Of a stretch of DNA of 64,000 bases, positions 27,601 to 35,460 are shown piece after piece; the first letter of the stretch is position 1; the number at the start of each line of letters is the position of its first letter. Source of the DNA: Minisyncoccota bacterium (lineage in GTDB: Bacteria; Patescibacteriota; Minisyncoccia; Minisyncoccales; JAGOPM01); contig JBAZJI010000001.1 of NCBI GenBank assembly GCA_041651395.1, forward strand, positions 315,920 to 379,919, written 5' to 3'. The translations under genes were made by a program, and so were the position numbers. The notes below the pieces were generated by a model that did no database searches, was not told the origin of the DNA, and was given only the letters and a program-made list of their open reading frames with translations.

Positions 27601-30600
27601 TTATCGCTTGGGCATTGGCACAACTACGCCTGCCTATCCCTTAGATGTGGTGGGCAATGCCAGAATAAGTGGCACAACTACGCTTGGCGCTTATGATATA
27701 ACAAAATATTCCGGAACCGATAATCAAGTTTTAACTTATGTCTCCGGCAAAGCGGTGTGGCAAACTCCGGCAGGCGGTGGCTTGCCTAATGGTACGGTTG
27801 GTTACACCTTAGTGAGTGGTGGCGGAGCGACATGGAACGCTACTAATACTTTGGTTGTAACTTCTTCGGCTCTTGGTTATCGAGTGGGTATCAATACGAC
27901 AACTCCGGCTTTTTCTTTGGATGTAGCGGGCACGGTTAATGCTTCGACTAGCGGTTATCGTCTGGGAACAAATAAGGGAATTATGCACGTTAGTACGAGC
28001 GCCGCACTCACTTCATGGACGCCCAATGGCGCTAATTCGGCAGGCGGGCTTTTTGTGGAGAGTGGGGCTGATGGCGGTTTCTCTGGCCTTTATATGGATG
28101 AGGATATGATAAAATTGGTGACTGGAGCTTCTGGCAATTTTTACCTCATGAATGGAGTTAATGCCACTTCCTTCTCTTTTGTCAGTGGTGGCGGTTTTGG
28201 TATGAATGGTGGGGCTAATAGTTTCATTTGGGCTACTTCTAATCCCAGCGCTATGAGCCCCGGGGTTGGGCGTTTGGGCATTTTGGAAAAAACCGGAACC
28301 GATGCGGTAGAAGTCCGCGATGCCGACTTGGCGGTTTATGGCACATCGACCATGCGCAATATTTTACCCGAAGCCAATTTAACTTACAGTTTGGGCAATG
28401 CCTCATATCGTTGGCTTAATATGTATGCCTCCACTACCTATATTGGTTCGGGCACTTGGCAGCTTTTGCAAGAAGGCGGCTCTGGCGCCTTTATCATCCA
28501 AGATACGGGTGGCAATCGGGCAGGCTTGCTTTATGTTTCCTCTACTAAAGGTGTAGCTATCGGGACCACGACCGTGATGAGTCAGGCCTTTAATTTAGAT
28601 GGTGCTGCCCTGTTTATTCCTACCAGTACCACTCCGGCTTCAGTAACCGGTTCGATGTATTACGATTTGACTAATAATCGATTCAGCTTTTTCCAGAATG
28701 GCGCTTGGAGTTCTTATACGGCGGCCAGTGGCACAGCCATGACCGGTGTGGCGGCCGGGTATAATTCCGTAGCATATTGGGCGGATAATAGTACGTTGGC
28801 GGGTACTTCCACATTTATTTATAATGCCACTTCTTCGCAGTTGGGCTTGGGTGCCACTTCTTCGCAGCTTTCCGCCATGTTGCAAATTAATACCACTGGC
28901 ACAATTTTTAATAATTTGCTTTTAAGTCGAACGCATAAAGGCGAAGGCGAATTGACAATCCAATCTAACACTACTTCTATCGCAATAAATTCATTGGAGC
29001 TTGGCACAATGGCCTTTGGCAATGTTTCATTGGGTCCTTCAGCTGGTGTGGTAGCTCTTGGCGGAGTCACAGCAATTGGATATCAGGCGGGGCATGTAAC
29101 AGTTGCCAGTACAACATTGGTTGGATATCAGGCGGGGTTATCTGGGCCAGGGATTGGTTTAACGGCAATCGGATATCAGGCAGCCACTGCAAATGGCGGA
29201 GGTGCATTTAATACAGCAGTTGGCTATTCCGCCTTGGCTGCTAATAGTTCCAATGATAATACGGCCGTTGGGTATAATTCCCTTGCATTAAATGCTGCCG
29301 CGAACAATACTGCTTTTGGCTCACAATCATTGAGCGTGAATGTTAATGGAATTGATAATACCGCAATCGGATATCATTCCATGAAGGCATTTAATCCAGC
29401 TTCAAGCGATGCAAATAATACTGCGGTCGGTTCCGATGTTTTACCTAATTTGCAGCAGGGAAGTGGAAATACAGCCCTTGGTTACAACACCGGACTAACA
29501 CAGTCAAGTGGTGATTCCAATATTTTTCTTGGCTCAAATATTCAGGCGGAGCCCGGATATACAACTGCGGATTATCGTTTATATATTGATGCGGACGCAC
29601 CGGATATGAACACTCCTGTTCCTCCCACTCCGCCATTTCAGTATGCGATTGTCGGGCAATTAAAAAATGTGGCCGCTGACGGAACCTATGGCCGCATACC
29701 GCACAATGCGATTGGCATCAATTCTTCGCAGGCTGATCTTGATGCGTCGCTGCTAAATTTTTATGTCTATGGCGCGGCCGGTGGTACGACGCCTTGGAAT
29801 ACTCTTTCGGATGCAAACCTTAAAGATGTTAATGGTGATATTTTTGGTTCGGCTTTAGGGATTGTAAATGCATTGCATCCCGTAAAGTATAAATGGAATG
29901 ATTTGGCGAACCAAGAATTCCAGCTCAATCAAAACGCAGAAAATTATGGATTTTTGGCGCAGGAGGTCAATAATATTCTGCCTTCAATAGTTGGTTCCGG
30001 TGGAAAATATTGGATGATGCGTTATGAAGGTATTATCCCGATTCTTACCGCCGCCATTCAGGAACAGCAAGCCCAAATCGAGGCTCTTAGGGTTGCCACT
30101 TCGAGCTTTGCTGGCAATGTTACGGTTAGCGAGCTTAAAGTGGAAGGGAGGCTGATTGTTAAAGATAACGTGACATTGGGCCTTGATACGGTTGGTCAAG
30201 TTATGGTGCCCACAGGGCAAGCCAGTGCGCATATTGCTTTCAGTAAAGCTTATGATACTTTGCCCATTATTACTGTTACGCCTATTGGCATAATTGACGC
30301 CAAATTTGGGGTGGATAATATTACCAAGTCTGGTTTTGATCTGGTGGTCAGCCCGGCCCAGAACCAAGAAATGTTCTTTAATTGGCACGCCTTTGCCATT
30401 GCCGACGAAACTAAGATTATCGTAGCTAATAGTTCGCCTGTTGTAGCTGCGCCTTTTGTCCCGAGTGTGCTGCCCACAAGTACCCCCGAAGTTGCCCCAA
30501 CCTCCACAGAGGCTGTGAATTCCAGCAGCAGTGAGCCGATAATTAATAATGAAATAGCTACATCCTCGGTCTCTTCCACTTTACCCGAGGCGGTAAGCAG

Positions 30601-30619
30601 CAGTGAGCCGATAAACTAA
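24605..30619 (+). CDS. Giant surface protein: LVIVD-repeat propeller, YadA-head-like repeats, phage tail-fibre S74 intramolecular chaperone domain, H-type-lectin-like domain
   Basis: 2004 aa with a signal peptide. LVIVD-type repeats (YAYLAADGDGLKIVDISNPASPAVVG and similar) lie at ~26430-27440. (A/T)(I/V)GYQA repeats lie at ~29040-29540. The S74 block is SDANLKDVNGD..LHPVKYKW..YGFLAQEV..ILPSIV..RYEGIIPILTAAIQEQQAQIEAL at ~29806-30090. Confidence 0.75.
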   Translation: MPKNIKQLSVKIIIATFGMALLAVTAWAATPSFMNYHSRLRDASGFPISASTSIRFTIYNDATNGNGNTQATSAGGPVLWSELYDQGLGNCAQVQPDDRGYFTAKLGSCIPFPPNLDFTTSTLYLGVTIGTDLSSNTEASPRVQFGAAPYAFNAKRVGNFYDSGANSLVGEALGTATAGSNFNSASFLLNGSAWTGSAATSVSMVLQNIVTSQTVYKLQVANASGAELFSINQSGVASTTQLVVAQAMQFTSTTPTITLGSNDSAGILTVKDSAATPNTLMALSDSGTAGLLTVGTVSTTQFVLGVDSITDLTGAGLKVVANALRAEINLSTDQVTSTLGIDNGGTNATSGQLTANQIIVFDGTRMITTGYRVVDFMSSSSVTTSQFTVLGDTYLATTTISTTLTVQGNTYLATTSLTFLNASTVNAANASFTNATSGNLYVYNSTAGNSTTTNLYVSNSATFNTTTFNGPVTMATTTVSLLNASSSFFTNATATNFYASNFTASTGTFTGHLSFTTASGTALTLTSNLWTGGMLQVTGTSTLATTTIAALTVSGTSTLGATVLSGFTAGSALFVGANSQIAQDNSNFYWDDTNNRLGLGTSTPAQRLTINGGNIFQYSTGTISKISSSSANYANGLSLSGKILAVSDNDSGAGNAHLDFYDISDRANMSLLSTYTSVQTSDYMEEVFIASNFAYTAASSGMHIIDISNPKAPVLAGFYATPSTTKSIYVSGKYAYLGVSKGTGVGGLYVIDISSSTNPVLTGNVAVNTGSNHVFDIVVRGKYAYLAADGDGLKIVDISNPASPAVVGTYYSAGPTNPSGYAAGVYVSGKYAYLADLSDGLDNGGMKIIDISDPTSPTLAANYDLGARSVNNIIVNGRYAYLSIYNFTNGELQIVDIASSTAPFLTSKYADNLIYDVALSGKTAFVADWTGGVVALDISGADLPTLNAGNIETSFANITENAVVANSLYVGSGLTVGPSGIKSGGGLAFDSTSSASYFAYRLGIGTTTPAYPLDVVGNARISGTTTLGAYDITKYSGTDNQVLTYVSGKAVWQTPAGGGLPNGTVGYTLVSGGGATWNATNTLVVTSSALGYRVGINTTTPAFSLDVAGTVNASTSGYRLGTNKGIMHVSTSAALTSWTPNGANSAGGLFVESGADGGFSGLYMDEDMIKLVTGASGNFYLMNGVNATSFSFVSGGGFGMNGGANSFIWATSNPSAMSPGVGRLGILEKTGTDAVEVRDADLAVYGTSTMRNILPEANLTYSLGNASYRWLNMYASTTYIGSGTWQLLQEGGSGAFIIQDTGGNRAGLLYVSSTKGVAIGTTTVMSQAFNLDGAALFIPTSTTPASVTGSMYYDLTNNRFSFFQNGAWSSYTAASGTAMTGVAAGYNSVAYWADNSTLAGTSTFIYNATSSQLGLGATSSQLSAMLQINTTGTIFNNLLLSRTHKGEGELTIQSNTTSIAINSLELGTMAFGNVSLGPSAGVVALGGVTAIGYQAGHVTVASTTLVGYQAGLSGPGIGLTAIGYQAATANGGGAFNTAVGYSALAANSSNDNTAVGYNSLALNAAANNTAFGSQSLSVNVNGIDNTAIGYHSMKAFNPASSDANNTAVGSDVLPNLQQGSGNTALGYNTGLTQSSGDSNIFLGSNIQAEPGYTTADYRLYIDADAPDMNTPVPPTPPFQYAIVGQLKNVAADGTYGRIPHNAIGINSSQADLDASLLNFYVYGAAGGTTPWNTLSDANLKDVNGDIFGSALGIVNALHPVKYKWNDLANQEFQLNQNAENYGFLAQEVNNILPSIVGSGGKYWMMRYEGIIPILTAAIQEQQAQIEALRVATSSFAGNVTVSELKVEGRLIVKDNVTLGLDTVGQVMVPTGQASAHIAFSKAYDTLPIITVTPIGIIDAKFGVDNITKSGFDLVVSPAQNQEMFFNWHAFAIADETKIIVANSSPVVAAPFVPSVLPTSTPEVAPTSTEAVNSSSSEPIINNEIATSSVSSTLPEAVSSSEPIN

Positions 30620-30641
30620 TTTTATTTTTTGATCAGCAAAT

Positions 30642-31325
30642 ATGACCGAAATTTATCAACCTTCAAAAAATTCCGAGACGTCAAAAACGGCCAATGCTTG
30701 GAAAATAATTATTTTTATCATTTTCCTATTAGCCATTTGCTTTGCTGCCTGGTATTTTCTTTTTCGGGAAAACAGTAAGCCAGTAGCTCCGCAAAATGCC
30801 AACAACATTCAGGCGCCCCAGAGCCTGTTGGAAAAGATTTCCAAGCATATTATTTTACCTCCCGAGGATCCGATAATTTCCACAGTAACCGACGCGCAAA
30901 AACTGCAAAAAGAAGATGCTTTTTTTTCCAATGTACAAAATGGCGATACGCTTTTGATTTTCCCCAATACCAAAAAAGCGATTTTGTACAGTTCGCAGCG
31001 CGATGTTTTGGTCAATGTCGGGCCTATTATTTTACCTCCCGGGCAGGGTGAAGCGGCGTTAAATATGAAGATTGAGATGCGCAACGGTACTCCGGATCTA
31101 AAAGCCGCCGATACTTTGATGGAAGAGCTTAAAGCCCGTGGAGCGACCATTAGCCGAGTTGTTTTTGCGGCCCGTCGCGATTATAAGAATACGGTTCTAG
31201 TTAATGTATCCGGAAAGGATATTTCGGCTTTGGAGAATTTTTTAGGAGTTAAAGCGATTACGGCGCTTCCCGCGGGAGAAAAATCCGCTAAAGATGCGCA
31301 GGCGGTTATAATTTTTGGAAAATAA
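30642..31325 (+). CDS. Membrane-anchored LytR_C-domain protein
   Basis: 227 aa with an N-terminal TM helix. The C-terminal region (KIEMRNGT..ADTLMEELKARG..TVLVNVSGKD) resembles the LytR/CpsA/Psr C-terminal domain. Confidence 0.5.
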   Translation: MTEIYQPSKNSETSKTANAWKIIIFIIFLLAICFAAWYFLFRENSKPVAPQNANNIQAPQSLLEKISKHIILPPEDPIISTVTDAQKLQKEDAFFSNVQNGDTLLIFPNTKKAILYSSQRDVLVNVGPIILPPGQGEAALNMKIEMRNGTPDLKAADTLMEELKARGATISRVVFAARRDYKNTVLVNVSGKDISALENFLGVKAITALPAGEKSAKDAQAVIIFGK

Positions 31326-31333
31326 AAAATATT

Positions 31334-31726
31334 ATGAAAAAAATAATTACATTTTGTTTCGTTTTGATGCTTGCATTGGAAATCGTCGGTTTGCTGGGTT
31401 TATATTTTGTCTGGAATAATATCTCTTTTGTGAGAAATGACGCCTATCAATCGGTGTTTCTGACCAATAACCAAGTTTTTTTTGGTAAAGTAACGTATGC
31501 GGATAGCCAGTATGTAGTTTTATCCGACGTTTATTATTTGCAGGTTCCTGAGGCTCTACAAAAAGAAGCCACGGATCAGAATTTGGTCTTAATTAAGAGG
31601 GGCAGTGAGCTGCATGGCCCTAAGGACAGCATGAAAATCAACAAGAGCCAAATAATTTTTATTGAGGAAATCAAAGACGATGGAAAGGTGGCACAGGCCA
31701 TAAAAGATTATAAGGCCAAAAAATAA
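31334..31726 (+). CDS. Small membrane-anchored hypothetical protein
   Basis: 130 aa with one N-terminal TM helix. No family recognised. Confidence 0.5.
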   Translation: MKKIITFCFVLMLALEIVGLLGLYFVWNNISFVRNDAYQSVFLTNNQVFFGKVTYADSQYVVLSDVYYLQVPEALQKEATDQNLVLIKRGSELHGPKDSMKINKSQIIFIEEIKDDGKVAQAIKDYKAKK

Positions 31727-31746
31727 TTGGTTTTGTATTGTTTTCA

Positions 31747-32529
31747 ATGTCTAAAGATTCTAGCTTACAACCGCATATTATGTGTAAGAGGGGGGATATT
31801 GCCCGCTATGTTATCTTGCCCGGCGATCCGGGGAGGGTCTCGCGTATCGCCCAACTTTTGGATTCGCCAAAGGAGATTGCTTTTAATAGGGAGTTTCGCA
31901 CTGTTACCGGTAAATATCACGATATCAATGTTTCCATTTGTTCTACGGGCATTGGCGGGCCTTCAACGGCCATTACTATCAAAGAGCTTTGCAATTTGGG
32001 AGCTGAAGTTTTAATCCGGATTGGCTCTTGTGGCTCCAATCAGGAATATGTGGAAGTGGGTGACTTGGTAGTCAGCGAAGGCGCAGTTAGAGAGGACCAC
32101 ACGGCTTTGGATTTTGTGCCATTGCCATACCCGGCCGTTGCCGACAGATTTGTATTGCATGCCTTAGAAATGGCGGCCCATGGGCGACATACAGAAACAA
32201 AACAAAACTTTCGCACCGGGGTTACGCTTTCCGCTGATGGGTTATATTCGGCTAAAAATTTAGAGCGCAAGGATTTTTGGCGGCCCTATGGTGTCTTAGC
32301 CCAAGAAATGGAAATCGGGACTCTTTACCCCTTGGCGCGAATGTATGGGGTGCGTGCCGGAGCTTTGCTTTTAGTGGTAAATAAAATTGGAGTCAAAGAT
32401 TTGTCCGAAGGGATAAGGAAATATGCGGAACAGGCGCAGAAAGGCGAGGGGTTGATGAAAAAAGAAAATCAGGCTGCCCAGACGGTTTTGGAGGCTATCC
32501 GCATTTTGCACGATGATTACGGAATATAA
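31747..32529 (+). CDS. Nucleoside phosphorylase, hexameric PNP/UDP-1 family (uridine/purine/MTA phosphorylase-like)
   Basis: ATG 31747. Motifs ILPGDPGRV, STGIGGPS, IRIGSCGS and EGAVRED. Confidence 0.75.
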   Translation: MSKDSSLQPHIMCKRGDIARYVILPGDPGRVSRIAQLLDSPKEIAFNREFRTVTGKYHDINVSICSTGIGGPSTAITIKELCNLGAEVLIRIGSCGSNQEYVEVGDLVVSEGAVREDHTALDFVPLPYPAVADRFVLHALEMAAHGRHTETKQNFRTGVTLSADGLYSAKNLERKDFWRPYGVLAQEMEIGTLYPLARMYGVRAGALLLVVNKIGVKDLSEGIRKYAEQAQKGEGLMKKENQAAQTVLEAIRILHDDYGI

Positions 32530-32532
32530 GTT

Positions 32533-33123
32533 ATGGGAGAAAAGTATATCGGGACAAAATTCCAAACGGTTTTTAAGGGAGAATTTGCACCTAATGCCGA
32601 GCAGCGGCGTTTGATACGTTCGCTTATTTCTGTGGGTAAAGAATTTAAGAAGATGGGTCTTATTGATAAGAATGGCGGCAACATTTCGGTGCGCTCCGGC
32701 CGGGGGTTTATCATCAAGCGTACCGGTTCGCATCCCTATAACCTTAAATCCAAAGATTTTGTTTTCGTGGCTAAAGTTGCCGGCAATAAGGTCTTTACCT
32801 TGGGCGATTCTGAACCCAGCTCGGAAGCGCGTTTGCATAATCAGGTTTATAAAGTACGCGGTGATGCCAAGGCAGTATTGCACGCCCACGATAAAGATGC
32901 TTTGCGCTGCCGCCAAAAGCTTGGCGGAGTGGTTTATTTGCCGCCCATACCCTACGGCACCCAAAAATCAGCCACGGCTGTGGCTAAGGCTTCTAAAAAA
33001 TCAGATTACATTATTCAGAACAAGCACGGGATAGTGGCGATAGGCAAAGATATTAAATCCGCCCTAAAATTAATCCGCCAAAACCATGCAAGATTTTGTG
33101 AGCTTTCAACTAAGTCTTCCTAA
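32533..33123 (+). CDS. Class II aldolase/adducin-family protein (MtnB/Ald2/FucA-like)
   Basis: 196 aa. Motifs GGNISVR, PSSEARLHNQVY and VLHAHD (zinc-binding His). Confidence 0.75.
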   Translation: MGEKYIGTKFQTVFKGEFAPNAEQRRLIRSLISVGKEFKKMGLIDKNGGNISVRSGRGFIIKRTGSHPYNLKSKDFVFVAKVAGNKVFTLGDSEPSSEARLHNQVYKVRGDAKAVLHAHDKDALRCRQKLGGVVYLPPIPYGTQKSATAVAKASKKSDYIIQNKHGIVAIGKDIKSALKLIRQNHARFCELSTKSS

Positions 33124-34144
33124 AACAATAGAGATAAAAAAAGATTGTGCGTTTATAGTTGATCAACTGGCTTTGCCCCAGCATCTTAAATTTCGCCGTT
33201 TGGATAGCTACCAGGATTGTATCCAAGCTATTAAAAAGATGCGGATTCGGGGCGCCCAAGCCCTTGGCGCTTGCGGTGCCGCCGGCCTTTATTTGGCCGC
33301 CCGGGCTTTTCGCGATAAGAGCGCAGATCGTTTTTCCAAGTATATGGATTATGCGGCCAGCGAAATTATCAAAGCCAGACCCACGGCGGTCAATTTGGCT
33401 TGGGCGGTTAAAAAAGTTTTAGATAGCGGTAATGGCCCCTCCTTAGAGGAGATGCGCGAAAAAATATGTGCGGAGGCGCTACATTTGCTTGAGCATGAGG
33501 AAAAAAATAATATTGCCATCGGCCGCCATGGAGCAGCACTTTTGGAAAGCGGAATGAAGATTGAAACGCATTGTAATGCCGGGTCGCTTTCCGGAGTTTG
33601 GTTTGGTACGGCCAGCGCTCCGATTTATTCGGCTTTAATGTCTGGCAAAAAATTAAAAGTCTGGGTAGACGAAACCCGGCCAATGTTGCAAGGCTCCCGT
33701 TTAACCGCTTGGGAACTCTCCCGAGCTAATGTTGATTATTCCATTGTGGTTGATGGGGCTAATGGCTATTTGATGTCACATGGCTTAGTAGATGCGGTTA
33801 TCGTGGGGGCCGATAGAATTGCCGCCAACGGGGATACGGCTAATAAAATCGGGACATATCCTTTGGCTTTAATGGCTAAAGAGCATAATATTCCCTTTTA
33901 TGTAGCCGCAGTTAATTCCACTATAGATTTTGCTACACCTAAGGGCAGTGACATAAAAATTGAAATCCGCGATGATGAAGAAATTACGGATTTTACCTGT
34001 TATTTAAGCCGCGATGTGGCGCCCAAGGGGGCAGATAGTTACAATCCGGTTTTTGATATTACGCCGGCCAAATTAATAACCGCTTTTATTACCCAGTCAG
34101 GAATTTATAAACCCCACGAGCTTTCACGAGTTAAATTAGCCTGA
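33086..34144 (+). CDS. mtnA: S-methyl-5-thioribose-1-phosphate isomerase-like (eIF-2B family)
   Basis: 352 aa. Motifs IRGAQALG, THCNAGSL, DETRPMLQGSRLTAWEL and GADRIAANGDTANKIGTY. Overlaps the aldolase gene by 38 nt. Confidence 0.78.
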   Translation: MQDFVSFQLSLPKTIEIKKDCAFIVDQLALPQHLKFRRLDSYQDCIQAIKKMRIRGAQALGACGAAGLYLAARAFRDKSADRFSKYMDYAASEIIKARPTAVNLAWAVKKVLDSGNGPSLEEMREKICAEALHLLEHEEKNNIAIGRHGAALLESGMKIETHCNAGSLSGVWFGTASAPIYSALMSGKKLKVWVDETRPMLQGSRLTAWELSRANVDYSIVVDGANGYLMSHGLVDAVIVGADRIAANGDTANKIGTYPLALMAKEHNIPFYVAAVNSTIDFATPKGSDIKIEIRDDEEITDFTCYLSRDVAPKGADSYNPVFDITPAKLITAFITQSGIYKPHELSRVKLA

Positions 34145-34221
34145 TCTTCCAGTGATTCGACATATTGGTATCAAGCTAAAATTCTCAGTGGCAGCTTCCT
34201 GCTTGCCGGCATAGTAATAAT

Positions 34222-34247
34222 TAAAAATCCGCTTCGAGGGCGGATTA
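34222..34247 (-). terminator. Terminator of CYTH-P-loop gene
   Basis: On the minus strand: ATCCGC..loop..GCGGAT followed by TTTTT, abutting the stop codon. Confidence 0.65.
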
Positions 34248-35369
34248 TTTGATTTTTGAAATGAATTTATCAACTTTTGCAATAACCTCTTGGGCTTTCT
34301 TGGAAAAATTGTCGCAAGACGCGATAAAATGGAATTGCGGATGTCTATTCCACGCTTGGACGATTTTCTGCTCGCGTTCTAGGGCTTCTGAGTAGTTTTC
34401 GTATCGGGCGGTATTGCCGGCAAAATTTTTATTGTAAATTTTTTCGTCGGGCATTCCCAAACAGATTACCAAGGCGTATTTGGCATATTCTTGTGCAATG
34501 GTCGTGCAAAACAGTTCTTCAAACCTTTTGTCTCCGCCTTCGATATAAGCCAAACAGTCAACTGTGCCTCGGTCGATAATCATGGCTTTTTTAGGGTTGG
34601 CTTGCATGGCCGCCTGTGCTGAAACGCTGGCTTCAAATGATGATTGGATGTAGTAAACCGATTCCTGAAACTGATCGTATTGGGCGGGGGTGGCGCACTT
34701 TTCCGGGCGCAGGCCGATTTCTTTAATGATTAATGTGGCGATTTCGGGGAAAAAGACGGCGCTATCTTGGAAGTGGGTTTTTAGGATATCAAGTATGCTT
34801 GATTTGCCCGAGCAGGGCCCGCCTGTAAGCACGATCCACGGCATGTGCCTTTGGGAAATCCGGCTCTTGAGTTCGTCAAAGTTAAGGTCTGAACCGGCGA
34901 TTTTGAAAAGATCGTAATTGGTGATGATCCCGGTGATTTCGCACTCCACCTTCATCCAATCCGGAAAGACAATTCGGTCATTGATATCATTGAGGGAATA
35001 TTCGGCAACAACTAGACCGCGCCATTTCCCTTCAAAGAAATCAATTTTCCAACGGCCGATCCTTTTCCGAATTTTTTCCAATGGTCGGCCCAGCTGCCCC
35101 ATAATTGTCCGAACCGAACCGGTCGGACCCAGTGGAACATTTTGACAGCTGCGCACCATCCCTTTGCCGTTTTTGACGCTGAAACTTGATTTGCCATCAC
35201 TGATGCGCAGCCGAAATTCTTTTTTTCTTTCGGTGGCTAAAAAGTAAGCTTGTTCAATGTGCTCTACTTGTGCTTCTTTGGGCATTTTGCTTTGGTCGAG
35301 GTGGACGATAAATCGTCGCTCATACTCAACCTTTCCGTTGAAGTCTCCGCTGACAGGTTTTTTTGCCAT
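34245..35369 (-). CDS. CYTH domain fused to a P-loop AAA_28/NadR-kinase-like domain
   Basis: 374 aa, with AAGGAGG 6 nt before the ATG. The N-terminus has the CYTH pattern (EYERRFIV, IEQAYF, FRLRI, IDFFEG..GLVVAEY, EITG..YDLFKIA). The C-terminus has Walker A LTGGPCSGKSS followed by FFPEIATLIIKE. Confidence 0.68.
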   Translation of the reverse strand: MAKKPVSGDFNGKVEYERRFIVHLDQSKMPKEAQVEHIEQAYFLATERKKEFRLRISDGKSSFSVKNGKGMVRSCQNVPLGPTGSVRTIMGQLGRPLEKIRKRIGRWKIDFFEGKWRGLVVAEYSLNDINDRIVFPDWMKVECEITGIITNYDLFKIAGSDLNFDELKSRISQRHMPWIVLTGGPCSGKSSILDILKTHFQDSAVFFPEIATLIIKEIGLRPEKCATPAQYDQFQESVYYIQSSFEASVSAQAAMQANPKKAMIIDRGTVDCLAYIEGGDKRFEELFCTTIAQEYAKYALVICLGMPDEKIYNKNFAGNTARYENYSEALEREQKIVQAWNRHPQFHFIASCDNFSKKAQEVIAKVDKFISKIK

Positions 35370-35375
35370 TATCTG

Positions 35376-35436
35376 CCTCCTTCTTAAGTTATTGAGGTGC
35401 TCAGTTTAGGATAATCTGGGCCAAATGATTGGTCAA
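35376..35436 (-). promoter_or_regulatory. Promoter + SD of CYTH-P-loop gene
   Basis: On the minus strand: TTGACC (35436-35431), 17-nt spacer, TATCCT (35413-35408), AAGGAGG (35382-35376). Confidence 0.5.
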
Positions 35437-35460
35437 CTGGTGATATTTTTCACCTTCGTG

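Noticed and set aside
30524-30614. An exact 19-nt direct repeat AGCAGCAGTGAGCCGATAA (30524-30542 and 30596-30614), 72 nt apart, at the 3' end of the giant gene.
   Set aside because: It is in frame and lies in a low-complexity Ser-rich tail (SSSEPI twice). A small tandem duplication is the most likely explanation. There is no evidence of a switch or mobile-element end.
24605-30619. Prophage or tailocin origin for the tail-fibre-like giant gene.
   Set aside because: No capsid, portal, terminase, baseplate, sheath, integrase or lysis genes lie anywhere in the window. The flanking genes are envelope proteins, so it is treated as a cellular surface protein that has recruited an S74 domain.
32371-32964. 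A 197-aa minus-strand ORF across the phosphorylase/aldolase junction.
   Set aside because: It is antisense to two genes with strong family motifs, and it has no signals of its own.
33086-34144. Reading the isomerase as ribose-1,5-bisphosphate isomerase of the archaeal/CPR AMP-RuBisCO pathway.
   Set aside because: The ETRPMLQGSRLTAWEL and HCNAGSL blocks look like MtnA. There is no RuBisCO or AMP phosphorylase gene in the window. The question is left open as something to test by phylogeny.
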